A stretch of DNA of 63,975 nucleotides, the filler included, from Collodictyon triciliatum (Eukaryota), in assembly GCA_043381765.1 (NCBI GenBank). It is 4 parts of 4 records of this genome, joined end to end, with 100 filler letters (N's around TTAATTAATTAA, not from the genome) between each part and the next. Parts side by side here need not be neighbours in the genome. Positions count along the whole stretch, not along the records: positions 1 to 23,445 come from JBHJMP010001019.1; 3 more parts are not named here. One strand, written 5' to 3'. The number at the start of each line of letters is the position of its first letter. The first letter of the stretch is position 1. Below, in pieces: positions 1 through 17,767 of the stretch. The notes beneath the pieces are model-generated. The model was given only the letters and a program-made list of their open reading frames with translations, searched no databases and was not told where the DNA came from. Both the position numbers and the translations under genes were made by a program.

Positions 1-170
1 CAAACAAAAACAAACAAAAACAAACAAAAACAAACAAAAACAAACAAAAACAAACAAAAACAAACAAAAACAAACAAAAACAAACAAAAACAAACAAAAA
101 CAAACAAACAAACAAACAAACAAACAAACAAACAAACAAACAAACAAACAAACAAACAAACAAACAAACA
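1..170. repeat. Compound microsatellite (CAAACAAAAA)n then (CAAA)n, intronic
   Basis: Directly visible; it ends at a CAG acceptor at 169-171. Confidence 0.95.
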
Positions 171-171
171 G

Positions 172-451
172 GAAATCATCGCCGAGGTCCAGAAAGACGA
201 AGAAAGCTTTGAAGGCACTGGAAAGGGTGCAAGCAAAGGCCAATCTTCAGGTATACATTATAGAATGAATTTAGCAAAGCCTCACTCTTTGTTGTTGACA
301 ACTATACCCTTTCAGCCTTGTTCAATTTCTCTGGTAATCATTCTTTATCTTTAGATTCTCATTTATTTTACCCTTTAATCGTCTACTTTTTTTTTTAATT
401 AAATAACAACTTACAGGACCGAAATGCGATGGAGATGTTTGTAGCCTGTAA
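172..451 (+). CDS. Last two exons of a gene truncated by the window start; probable C-terminus EIIAEVQKDEESFEGTGKGASKGQSSGPKCDGDVCSL*
   Basis: Exon 172-250, GT-AG intron 251-416, exon 417-451 ending TAA. A second frame is also open, so the frame is inferred from the CxGxxC tail. Confidence 0.55.
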
Positions 452-1196
452 AGCGTCATCATCTTCGTGCTTCTACCGGGTGTTGCCAACAAAGACCAAA
501 TAGCGCCAGGTTGAACTGCGAAAAAGACAATCCCAAGAAAAGGCAGAAAAGAAAACAGACTCTCCAAGATACCCGACACATTGCAACACACATCACCGCC
601 AAGAATCCAGCGAGACTACAGACAGAGTGCGTAATGAGCCTTCGAATGATACCCATGTGATGCTTGATTCTCCAAAGCCCGAACACCGGGGAAGAATCCA
701 AGCGGAAGCGCGGTCGCTCGGACTCAAATCCAGGCACAAAACTCTTTCGAGAGGCTCTTTATTATGATGCGTGCGCTCTTTCTGGTGCTGATTGGCAGCT
801 CGCTGGGACGGACTGGGAAGCGACAGACTGAGCGATATGAAGCAGAAAAGATGACTGTTTTGTGGCATTTTTCTTTTCATCTTTCTCTCTGCCTTTGTTC
901 TCTCGCTCGGTTCTGTCCTTCCTGTCGTGCTTGGTGGGTGGTGTGTTGGGTGGTGTGTCCGTGTCGTGGATTCGACGGCCGTATTTCCTCTCTGCTGTTT
1001 CGTGCGTTGTCTTCCTCTTCTCGAGAGTTTTGCCTCTGAATAAACTCTATCCAAGTCACACTGGTTCTGGCTCAATGGAGCGGACTGAAGCGCACTGGAA
1101 AGAAGGAAGAAAATATAAAAAAAAACAGCAACATTCGCTTTTTTTGCCTGCTCATTAGTCTCTTCACTATTTCCGATCCTTTTATTTCTATTATTG

Positions 1197-1283
1197 CATT
1201 GTTTTTGTTTTTGTTTTTGTTTTTGTTTTTGTTTTTGTTTTTGTTTTTGTTTTTGTTTTTGTTTTTGTTTTTGTTTTTGTTTT
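1197..1283. repeat. (TTTTTG)n microsatellite
   Basis: Directly visible. Confidence 0.95.
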
Positions 1284-1474
1284 TAATACCACTTTGCTAT
1301 GTTTTGTTTTGTATTGTTGTTTTGTTTATTTTATTTTTTTTGTATTTTTTATTTTTTTTTCTTTTGTTATATTATTATCTACAACTCAAGGGAAAGTCGA
1401 AGGACATTGAAATACACGTACAACAATTTGGTATTAGTCACATAATTACTTACACAAAGATCACTTAGGAAAGG

Positions 1475-4400
1475 ATGGAGCCACGAGCTGCTATTATCGC
1501 TGTTGAAGGTGAGACCAAGGCGTTCAATTGTGAAGCTCTTATCCAATCATTCCATTGACCCCGTATCATACTATCCGATTTACATATTATCTCACCATTC
1601 TCAAATTGATGCATGGATGCGTTGATGTGTTGATACATTCATTTATCTATTCATTTATGTGTCTATTTCCTTGAGCCAGAGAGGACGCCTAGAATCGAGG
1701 ACTTCAACAGAGCGAGAGATGCATACTTGAGCCCAGAAGTTAGGAATACTAAAAAGGTATACAATCTCATAGCCAAAAAATATATTCAGCATTCGGTTGA
1801 CAAGATGATTCGACATCCTTTCTTACATAAATGCAAACGGCGGGAAATCATGGAAAAAAGAAAAAGAAAAAGAAAAAAAGAATATTTAATGGCTTTTTAA
1901 TGGAGAAAATAACCTCTTTTTTCTTTTTATTAAAAACAATTAGGAATTGATCTTACTCATTTTGTTGGCAAAGAATCGCCACGTAACTAATCCGAATTGC
2001 TTTACTATCCCACTTCTACAATCTTTTGTTAAATCACTGGAGGAAAGGTTTTTTTTTTCTTGACCTCTCGCTGAGGTGTTTCTATTATTTGAAACGATTC
2101 TCTTCCGTTTTTCATTATCTGGATGCGTATATCCGCACCATTATGATTATTTCACATTACTTATAATCCACTTAACTTCTTTTTTTTTATATTTATTGTT
2201 AGTCTATTTTCAAAAGTTAACACCCTGCTCATATAACTAGCACGGATCAAACAGAGATTGAAAATGTTCTACTCTTGCTGATAACGTTTTCCTTAAAGAT
2301 GAAAATTGCAGGTATGTTTCCTTTATACTTTCATATCGACAGATATCCAAATACATTATATTGCACACAATTTTTTTCTTTTCCTCCTTTCTTTGAAAAC
2401 GATAATTACTTTATATATGGTCCATAGGGTCGAACTTCAAAGATAAAGGTTTCAAATTTTACTTATATATTCGTAGTATATATTTTCTTTCACGTAGTGC
2501 AGTTTTAAATATTTCTATTCTAAGGTATTGCCTTGGATTTGGTCGAAAAGTCAGCTAAACTGTCGGTAATTATGATTGAAGCGCGCATATCCGGTTCTAT
2601 TATTGCATATTCGGTAAACTTCCTTGGGAGCTGCTGGTGTAATTGTTTTTTATATAAATTGTCAATTGCATTCATTCTATGTACTGCTTCTTCATCATAG
2701 GGACAATAATTTTTTTGAATTGCATATTTATGTTAATAATCATACAACATGTACAGCTTTGGTATCTCGTGAACTGCAAAGTTGTATTATCACCATCATG
2801 GGAGAGTTACTCCGTTCAAGAAAGAGAGTGTTAATGTATTTAATCATTTCCTGAATGCTATCAATAGCTCTACCCCAAACTAAAATTTTTTCTTTTTAAA
2901 ATAATATTAACAACCCTACTCGATATGGCCTAAACTAATTCAACCTTAATAATATGCCAGAGCCATAAACTCATACATTACAAACTTTTTGAATGGATAT
3001 CATCATCTTTGTATCGATCTACCTCCCTCTGACTTGGGTGATATGTGCCTGCTCTTGCTACAATTCTGGGATGAATCTCATTACGAAGATAGAGGAGATA
3101 ATACCGTGCAAGACGTCGATCCACAGGATTCAAATAGACTTAGACTGAAAATTGTGGAATACAACCGCCACTTGGAGCAAGAAGATGATGATGAATATCC
3201 TCATGACGATGACTCATCTCTGTCCGTCGACACTCAACTGATCATTTTCCAGTTTTTTGAGCGACTCTACTCATCCAAATACGCCAAACAAGGATTTAAA
3301 AAATTACCTATGTCAAAGTCTGTGGAAGGACCAGAAATACTCGATTGGACGGACGCAATCGACCGAACCATAGAATGCTCGTTGCTGTTTGGAAGCAAAA
3401 GTTTGACACACAACCATTTAAACAAATTTCATTTTACCTGCATTGACATCAATTCCACTTCCCTTTGTATTTTTTTATTTATTTTTTGTACAGAAAAATA
3501 CGTCGTGAATGAAAAGTATCAATATTTCCTTTGCTAACATGTCTTTATTCCACGTCACTGTAGATTCAAGTCTGCTATCAATCGTTGCCTCCGCTGGATT
3601 GCTGTTTGTTTTCTTAAACATACGCCAAACTTCTTGCTTATTACAATCTGTTAGTTGGGTTATATATAAATATTTGTGCAAATTGCATGAATGCTCTAAT
3701 ATTTAGTCCCAGAGGGCATGCAATTTAAGGGAAACTAAATATTATATTGTAATATCCTGAACAAACAGAAAAAGCCATCTCACGAATGTCCAGAGATATA
3801 AATCAAAATCCATTCATCTGGACCATTTTGTAACTGTAATGCCTCACCTCATTCGATTCTTGGATATTATTAATAGATTGGTTGGCAAAGGTAAATCAGT
3901 ATATAAGATAAAGCTATTTTTTACCCTCCGTTATTTATAAGCAAGAATACGTTTCAAAGTAAAACCCAGCACAAAATGCCGTATTTTTTTTTTGATATTG
4001 CACAGACTTGGATGATTCTGAACGCCGGTGTGTTGTTATTGCTCTTGTTCATGCATGGGATGTTGTATCGTTGGCGATGGGATTTCCAATCTCTAAGCAA
4101 GTTCGACTTCCCAACTACGATGTAAGCCATGTCTTAAACAGCATGTATACATTCATTTATCATTGAATTCCCTCTATTTTTAGTTTAACTCGCCATATAT
4201 AGCGAAAGTTCACGATTTTTTTCACTCTTAGGAATTATCCATTGCGCTAGTTGATTTTTTGCTTGATGATTTAATTTGTTTTGATTGGATCGGTACTGAA
4301 CCAAACACAACAGTACAGCGGGTATATTCCATCTTCATATTTCAACATAAAAAAGAAGAGTTGATAAATATAAAGATAATATGTGACAAATGCATGTCAA

Positions 4401-6737
4401 TATTACAAAATTTTCAGTTCTTGTCTCATCTAATAGCCAACAAATCGTATAGAAAGTTCAAACTTACCTCGGTACAAAGTTTTTTCTAACATCAAGCCCG
4501 TTGACAAAAATTGTTGCATCAATATATGGAGTACTTCAGCCCCAGACTCGAGATGAGATTATAGAAAGGTAAAAAATACCAGCGTCTCGTTTTTTTCTTT
4601 CAAAAAATGTTATATCGGAGGCCAAAGTCTCTCGTATGGCACGAATTGAATTAAAGGAAGTAAGGAGAAAGGAGAAAAATCAGTTTACATATATATTCAC
4701 ATACATCTATTTTAGGGGAAACCAACTTCATATTAATTCCATTAAAATGCTAATACAGAGTTTATGAATATGCAAATAAATCATATGAGTTTTTTATGGA
4801 GTACCATTACAACCGCAGCTCAGGTACCGCAAATAAATATTTTAGAATTCAGTTTGCACATATAGGATACATTTGAATGATTCGTTATAATAATTTATCA
4901 TTATATTTGCACAGATGGGCTCTATGAAAACATGAACAAGCTATTTCAGGGTGCTTATATTTGTATTGGAATGTTCATCTCTCCTATTCTTGAGAGGTTA
5001 TCAGGTATATATTCTATAATTCAAGAACGTGCGTGCATCTTGATAGAACTATTCAATTATTTTTTTTTTTAGGAATATATCACTGGAGCTATACATCTAC
5101 AATCATATGTATGCATTCAATATAAAATTGTTGTTTATATATTAGCGAAAGGGATTTCACGATTGATTTACATTTTCTCTTGGATGGAGTTTGCTAGAGT
5201 CGACTTTAGCCAACTTCGCACGTTGGTTAAGAGGTTGAGCGATGTTGTTATTGAAAATCCAGCACTATTAGTAGACGTATTTGATTTAGCCTTCAAAAGC
5301 AAAGGTTGAAGTCGCCACACCGCTCCTATAATAGAATTCGCATACTCATAAGATTACTTTAAATCCATCAGAACCTAATTTAAATATGCCCTGTATTCAA
5401 GCCAGATATTAATGATGATTTCAGATAGTCGAGAAATATCACTGGATGGATTGGTGTTGAAGAAGCCCAGGGTCGCATTCTTTCTGACGTTGTTGCAGTC
5501 TTTTCAGATAGATATGATTCCTGAACTGTCTCTAAAAAAATGGATGGCTGTATTGTTCCAGTATGCCTCATATCTTTTGACCTCATTACACTATACAATA
5601 TTCTCTTATTATCTTTTAAGTTTACATATATGTGTGTCACCAACATCATTTTTTCTTCTATCCTTCCCATTTTTGATATTTAACGATACCACTTCTGTTT
5701 GAACAGCCGATTACAATTAGTTTCATATCGCCTGAGCTAAGTCGTTTCCACTTAAAAACTTGTTAGGTACATGACATACCCGAGTTTGTATGTGACTAGA
5801 CAGGTCCATGTGGCCCTGCGAAACATCATCGCAAGCAAACCATCCGGTGTTGAAAAGATCCTTCCGTATTACATATCTCGCTCACTTGAGACATACCCCA
5901 AAACAACACCAGTGGATAGCATAGCAGGTGCGATGGGACTCGTTCATGTCATCTTCCCTTCTCGAGACCCCATGGCCCTATACTGTTTCGACATGCTCCG
6001 AAGCGAGATTCATAAGCGCATTACTGTGAAGGTAATGAAACAACTTGAATAAGAGCTGCGCGTCTTCTATCCACTACCACACATTACTGCTAAAAAAAAA
6101 AAAAGAAGAAAAAAAAAAGAAGTACCTGTTCAGGAGTTATTATCAAATAAGGACGTTATCTTAATTTTTTCTACCCTGTTTTCCTACCTGCGCTGATGTC
6201 GATATACCTTAGTCACCGGAAGGTTCGTCTGGGGGCGAAATACCATTGAGAAGTATACCAGAGACCACGTTGAAAATGTTTTCGGTGCTGTTCTTCATTT
6301 TGACCATGATTGACGCATCTTTGCTGCCTCTTTTTATCAGCGATATTGAGAAACTCATCATATCCACACCAAAATCATCACATGAGAAAATTTCGTCGAG
6401 TTTGTTCTTTTTTGTCTCTGCAAATTATGATTACTCTCGCAAGAGCACTCTTTTGAAGTGGTAAGCGAAAAAGAAAGAAAAAAATGTAATTTAAGAAGAC
6501 ACAGATCCGCTCTACTTCTCCCTCAAATAAAATACTTTATAATAAATTCGATGGTTACACGCCATATCGCATATTTATCCATTTAATATGTGCTGCAGTG
6601 CAATCGCGCAATTTTCTTTTTTTTTTTTCACCATACCTTTCAATCTTGTTAGGTACTTGGACATCACAGCCAGACTCAACATCCCCAAGTTCCAGCTCGA
6701 CGAGTATCAGCCGAGATCGGCACTTGCCTCTCTTTAG
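1475..6737 (+). CDS. Multi-exon alpha-helical protein ending ...NYDYSRKSTLLKWYLDITARLNIPKFQLDEYQPRSALASL*; candidate PEX8-like peroxin
   Basis: ATG at 1475 followed by a GTGAG donor. Many GT-AG exons are traceable (ORFs 2989-3537, 5412-5702, 5771-6052 and 6246-6464 contain them). The last exon 6653-6737 joins as TG|G. The gene is well supported; the identity is an inference. Confidence 0.7.
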
Positions 6738-7441
6738 GTGCTTTTATGGTGTTATCAAAACGATTGGTAAAATAAAATAATACCACCGAATGCTTTCTTG
6801 TCGCACCAAAGACCTTTTTCCTGCATCATCCCAGCGCGACCAACCACACAACCCCTGCCGGCAAGTACCAAGATGCAACGCGACCGCACTTCCGCCCTTT
6901 AAATCCAATTGCAGAAATCGTTGGCTAATAATAGCCTGAGTAGCGTATCCGTTACATTTGTCTTTCTTTTTTCCCTTCCCTTTCCTTTCCTTTGTACCTT
7001 AACCGCTTTATTTGCGTGTTCGAAATCTCCCTGCGACAAGATCACAAGCAAAGCAGCTGTGATTGAGGATCGGCTAGGGCAGACGGAAAGTCTGGGAGGT
7101 GAGAAGTGTGCGTGTAGGACTGCGTCTTGCCGGAAGAACCCAGCGCGCAACATCGGCAGTTGTTGCTGGATGATGAAAGAAAATAAATTCTTCTTTATTA
7201 TTATTATTATTATTATTATTTCGGATAAAACTAAAGTTAACAAGACTATCCTGGTGGCTGAGGAAAAAAAATCAGAGAAGCTCTTTGTGGCTTAACATCA
7301 CTTTTTCGCTACCACATGTCTGTCTCTGTTTTTCATGGCAAAGCTGACCTTGTAAGCGTCTCTCACAATAGAAGAAAAAGAAAAGCACTATTCTACTTTG
7401 ATCTAACGCAAACTCTGCTGCTTCTGCAACGGCAACTCCAT

Positions 7442-9601
7442 ATGGTTCGTTCACACATGTACTATACAAGTGACCTCTTCAGTGTCATAGTTATACTTTG
7501 TTTTTTTTTTTTTGTTTTTTTGCTTGCTACTCCCTTGTTTACATTTGGTGCCAAACTGAAAACTAACACACCAAACAGGACTCAGAAGGACGCTACAGCT
7601 TTGTCGTAGAATGGTACGACACAGGGGCATCTCTGAATCGCCAATACCAGCTCTTTTTTTATCCACAGGACAACTCCGTAGAGATGGTACCCACGTTTCT
7701 TTCCTGTATTTCATTATATTCTATTCTCCTTTCTCCTCCTCTGCACTCTGTTTTCTCACGCACAGGTTGCCGCCTTTTTTTCTTTTCTATTTTTATTATA
7801 CATTTTATTTTCTACTTTCATATTCGCTCCTTTTGTCAACCATGATTGTGTTCTGACCCGGCAACCTTTGATTTCGGTCTAGTTCGATATCAAGTACCGC
7901 AAGACCTTTCTGAAGCGGACTGTATATCCGGCTGTTGGTCTTCAAGACTTGACGATCGGCGCGACAGTGTCGATCTATGCGCGCCAACTGAAGGTCGTTG
8001 GGACAGCCGATCAGGTCACAACACGCACGCTGAGCGCTACTCGGGAAAGCACATATGCCATGATCAAGCCGGACGCTTATGCCCACATCGGCAAGATTCT
8101 CGACATGATTCTGAAGGCTGGGTTCACAATCAGCAATCTCAAGATGCTCAAGCTGGACCAACGCACTGCAGAGACCTTCTATGGAGAGCATCGAGGGAAG
8201 CCCTTCTTTGAGTATGATTTTCCCATCCCTTCCTTTTGCCTCTTACTCCTCATTCGATCCCACTACCCACATGGTCTCTTGATAACATCAGTAAATATTG
8301 GCTGTGTTGTGCGTCAGGTCTTACGGCGGATGAACTCAACATAAACTGAATCTCGCTCAAATAGGAGACTGATTTCTTTCATTACCGAAGACGCCGTAGT
8401 GGCGATGGAGCTTACAGGCAAAGACGCAGTTATCAAATGGAGAGAGCTACTTGGTTTGTAACATAGTATTTACTCGCTTTTAATTGGACCTTTTGTTTAA
8501 TTATCGTTGTCTTTTATTTTAAAATTATTACCATTACTTTGTAGGGCCAACCAACACAGCTGTGGCCAAGGAAAAGGCGCCAGCTTCTATACGTGCATTG
8601 TACGGCACTGATGGGACTCGTAACGCTGCCCATGGTAGCGATAGTAAAGAGAGCGCTGCTAGGGTAAGTTTCACCCTCGCATACCGAGTCGGCCTGAGTT
8701 ATATGACTACTTAGAAATAGCACTTTAATCATGGTTTGCGGCTTGAATTATAGGAGCTTAACTTTTTCTTCGGGTCTGATGTGGTACCCATGCCAACAAC
8801 AGCATGTTTTACGTTTTGTACCTTATGTCTCATCAAGCCTCGAGCAATCAACGATAGGAATGCCGGTGAAATTGTCGATGCTATTCTGCAGGTTCGCCGT
8901 TACCTCCCCCGTGAAATAGTGTTGTTATAGTGAGACCCAACATGCATTTCCTTCAGCTAACTCAATCTATCACGTTTTTTTTTTTTTTTTGTCGCAGGCT
9001 GGCTTCGAGGTATCTGCCATCCGTTTTGTCCGACTGGATTTAACAAATGCCCAAGAATTTCTTGAAGTGTACAAGGGTGTCGTTCCCGAATATCGAGTAT
9101 GAATCTCACTGTTCTTAACATTTAATAACTTTTCTGAAAATAAGGATCAAGGTAGAAAACTTGAATTGACATTATTTTCTTTTGATCCAGGGTATGAGCG
9201 AAATGCTTGCATCTGGACCTGTCATTGCCCTGGAAATACGAGGAGAGGATATTGTCAATACATTCCGCGCGTTCTGCGGCCCATCCGACCCTGAAATTGC
9301 TCGGCATCTACGACCAAACACACTTCGTGCCCGGTTCGGAGTCGACAAAATCCACAATGCAGTTCACTGCACCGACCTTCCCGAAGACGGTCTCCTTGAG
9401 GTAACTCCTTTTCTTTCCTTATTTCGTTAATTCGTTCGTTCGTTCGGTATGTTTTACTGCCATGAGTCGTTAACTACTGCGTGCTTTCGACTCGCGTCAT
9501 TGATTTTTTTTTCCTTTATTCAATTCAAAGACTCGCGTCATTGATTAATCATCCTTGTTCTACATGCACAGTGCGAGTACTTTTTCAAGTTTCTCCCATA
9601 G
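7442..9601 (+). CDS. NME7: Nucleoside diphosphate kinase 7 (DM10 + two NDPK domains)
   Basis: The spliced product has YSFVVEWYD..RQYQLFFYPQDNSVEMFDIKYRKTFLKR (DM10), TYAMIKPDA, NAAHGSDS, CGPSDPEIARHLRPNTLRARFG and NAVHCTDLPEDGLLECEYFF. Confidence 0.95.
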
Positions 9602-10572
9602 CGTCCCAGCCTTGATGCAAGCCTGATACAAACTGCCCTGTGTCATCTTATATCCCCTGTTTGACTTCACTTCCTTTCCTCCACAGAAGCCCCATAATAA
9701 ATACAAGATTACAGACACAAATGCCAGTCCACTCGCCAAATCTTCAATCATCGTGGCATCATCAACCACCACCGAGAAATGACTTTAAGTCCCTGATGAA
9801 TCATCCCTCTCACGCACTGAACTCCTGCTCCTCTCATCCTCGTCACCACCCGCAGACCAAACACGAAAGAACCACCGCGAATCCAAAAAAATTCTTACTA
9901 AATTCCACATTAGAATTATATGAAAATAGCTTAACGTGGCAAATGTTTGGATTTTAGGTTGTGTGGCCTGCGCTATATATTCAGAAAGCAATGCTTCGGT
10001 GTAATCATCTGGAGCGGCGAGAAAAGCAGGAATCGTGAAGCAAAGGCCGTCGTGTTGAAAAAGCAAAGGAACAAACACAAGCGATCCAGTCAACGAGAGT
10101 GGGCGAGGCAGAATCAGAGACACCCGTTCTGGCCGAAACCGTCGGGAAAGGGATCACACGCGCCTTGCATTCTCGGCCAGAGACTTATCCCTAACTTTGA
10201 GTGAGAAAGAAGAAGGCGATCCCACGGAAAATACCTCAAGTCGGCCTCTGTGACTCTTGCTCTTTCGTAGACTCGAAGTCTCCACAACTTTGTTGAACAA
10301 GAACGGGAAGAAAAAGTCTACTCTATGCTGCTGTTCTTTCTCACCCTTTGTTCTCGTGAATACGCGACCTTTCTTTGTCTTGTTGGGAAGCTTGAATAGA
10401 TCAAGAGACAAGTGAACGCCTTACCTTTTTTTTTTTTTTAACTCAAGCTCTTTTTTCTTTTCCCATTGTTTTTCTTAGCGTATGGCTGCTTCTGGTCATA
10501 GTTTTTTTCTTTCATTATCAGTTTACTGACTTATTTATTTCATCGCACAGATTAAAACCACGCAAGCTTTCC

Positions 10573-13761
<3,189 letters not shown>

Positions 13762-15167
13762 CTGGGCCGTGGACATTGAGCGGGCTTATGTCCCGCGTGT
13801 GGTGGGGCCATAATTTGGTCTCGTCCGTCCTATCAGACAGGCTATCTTGACTCTCTGTTCCTGTCATAATTCTAAAGAAGAAAAAAAACCAACCACGAAA
13901 GAAAAAAAAAAAGAAAAATTCCTTGGAGAACGAGAAAAGAACATTTTGTTGCTACGACCCAAACATCAATCTCCGCTATTGTGAAGAAACAACCCCTCCA
14001 ACCGCATTCTCACAACTCCTTTCATGAGTCCTTTACGTCTATGTCTCTTGCTTCCCTCCCGATGGCGATGGTGACAACAGCCTCACTTTGCCACAATCAT
14101 TATCATCACCATCACCGCTGCTAATACATGACTATCCGTGTTGTGTCCATCCCCCCGTCCATATCTCTCCTCCCCTTCTGCATCTGCTATATCCTACACC
14201 AACTCCCTTTTTGACCGCCATCATGTGTTTCTTTCCCTTCATCCATATGTGTTGTAAAAGAAATCCGCCACCTCCCTTCATCATCCCCAGCCTCGCCAGG
14301 AACAACCGAGGGAGTCCGAGAAAGAAAGAAAGAGAGAGAGGAAAGAAGGCTTGTCTGGAATACGACAGACTCTCTTCCACCTTTTCTTTTCTCTTCTTTC
14401 CTTCATTCCTTAACCATGTCTCTCAAACACCACACTCACCCGCAAACAATCAAACGTATTTTTTTTGCTCCTTCAGAAAAGAAAAGAAACCATCTCCTCA
14501 AACCAACGGGAAGGACGCTCCGTCACCACCTTGCTTCAATCCGTCTCCACACACCACATCCCTGTCAGCCACGGCCAAACACGCCATCCTTTAAAAGGAC
14601 AAGATGTGCCGCGGATGAAGCAAACACCCACTGCCTTTCTTCACATATCACATCAAGAAAAGAAGAAGAAACAAGAAATTAACCAGCACAAGAAAACCAC
14701 CAGGCCACGCTCTGGCTTCATCACCACCATCACACCAGATCAGAGTCTAAGCAGCCTGTCACTCTCTCTCTCTCCCTCAATCTTATCTCTGCCCTTCGCC
14801 CTCGCCTCACTCGTTGTCCCTGTTCTTGTGCTGGTTCTAATTGCCTCATCCTCTCTCTCCCTCACACACTCCTTTTTTTCTCTCTTCTTTTGCATCGCTC
14901 TTCAAGAAATAAATCGACCATCAAGTCAAACCATTCCCATGCGATTCACTTTATTCTGCCCGAGACACGCAATCACGCGCAAACACATGCTCAAGAAAGA
15001 AATGGATTCATGTGCGGCAAACACATATATGCCCGGTATAACAGATGAACAATACGAACACCGATGGCCGGGACTGGGTGCTCCACTAACTCAATCGGCG
15101 CTGCAAAGTAAAAGTACAAAACTGGAGCCCATGCAAAGGGCGCAAGGAGGTCAGAGAGATACGCAGG

Positions 15168-16569
<1,402 letters not shown>

Positions 16570-16646
16570 CTACATTAACCCATCACAATTTTAGTTGAGT
16601 ACACTTCAATCATTGTAGACAACTATATATTGTTTGATGATTATCT

Positions 16647-16905
16647 NNNNNNNNNNNNNNNNNNNNNNNNNNNNNNNNNNNNNNNNNNNNNNNNNNNNNN
16701 NNNNNNNNNNNNNNNNNNNNNNNNNNNNNNNNNNNNNNNNNNNNNNNNNNNNNNNNNNNNNNNNNNNNNNNNNNNNNNNNNNNNNNNNNNNNNNNNNNNN
16801 NNNNNNNNNNNNNNNNNNNNNNNNNNNNNNNNNNNNNNNNNNNNNNNNNNNNNNNNNNNNNNNNNNNNNNNNNNNNNNNNNNNNNNNNNNNNNNNNNNNN
16901 NNNNN
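16647..16905. other. Assembly gap (Ns) followed by (AAAGAC)n
   Basis: Run of N. Confidence 0.99.
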
Positions 16906-17035
16906 AAAGACAAAGACAAAGACAAAGACAAAGACAAAGACAAAGACAAAGACAAAGGTAGAAATAGAACCATTAAAATAAATGTGTATCGAAGGTAAAG
17001 CATGAGATTTCATGAGTCATTCAATAAAGACTGAC

Positions 17036-17767
17036 CTGCCCCCACGCTTGGGCTTGTCTTTGTGGAGTTAAAGCGAGAATCTCTTCTGTGGACAACAGAA
17101 GTGAGAGCGGGGCGAATGGCACTACCTACACGTGTGTGTTATTGCATGTTTATAAATATGACCTATGAATGTTAAAAGAAAGGGATGGCCTACTTCAAAG
17201 TCTTGATGAAAAAATACATGGTAAAACTTGGGATATATGAAATCAAAAATAGAGTAAGTTGTGCCGAGAGTGACTTAAAGAATGTATTTCAACCCGATAA
17301 AGATATAACTTCGTCGAGGCTGTAGAAAAATAGAAAAATCCCCTTCCTTGAATCGAATAGAGGAAACCGCCAAGAGCAAATAAATAAAAGGCCAAAGGAA
17401 GAGATATATATGAGTCATAATATGGACTGTAAGACATATTAAAAACTAGTGAATCGATTTGCGCTGGCTTTCTCATAAGATTATGCCCACGAAAAGACGA
17501 AGGCGAAGGAGGCCAGGGAAGGTTGACATGATCGTAATGAAGGCAAGTGTCTTAGGGTTGGCCTTACCGACTGAGATTCGGTCTTGTCTGAAGGCCAAAC
17601 GCGAGGTTGGGAATAGAAGGGATGTCTGCCTTATCATTGTATCTGTGCTGAATGAGTTCAGTTAGTCTCCATCCCACGTCGTTGTCCTCCTTCCCTTTGT
17701 GCGTCAACCGAGCAGGCGAGTGATCAGAGATGGATTTTTGATCAAAAGAATCCGCTAGCCATAACAT
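17036..17767 (-). CDS. First exons of a minus-strand gene, probably the 5' end of the adenylate cyclase
   Basis: ATG at 17767 opens MLWLADSFDQK..NLS then a GTAAG donor at ~17567. A further AG/GT-bounded exon lies at ~17036-17125. The link across the gap is inferred. Confidence 0.5.

Noticed and set aside
6899-7295. Opposing ORFs between the PEX8-like gene and NME7
   Set aside because: No recognisable protein and no convincing exon chain; probably promoter or UTR.
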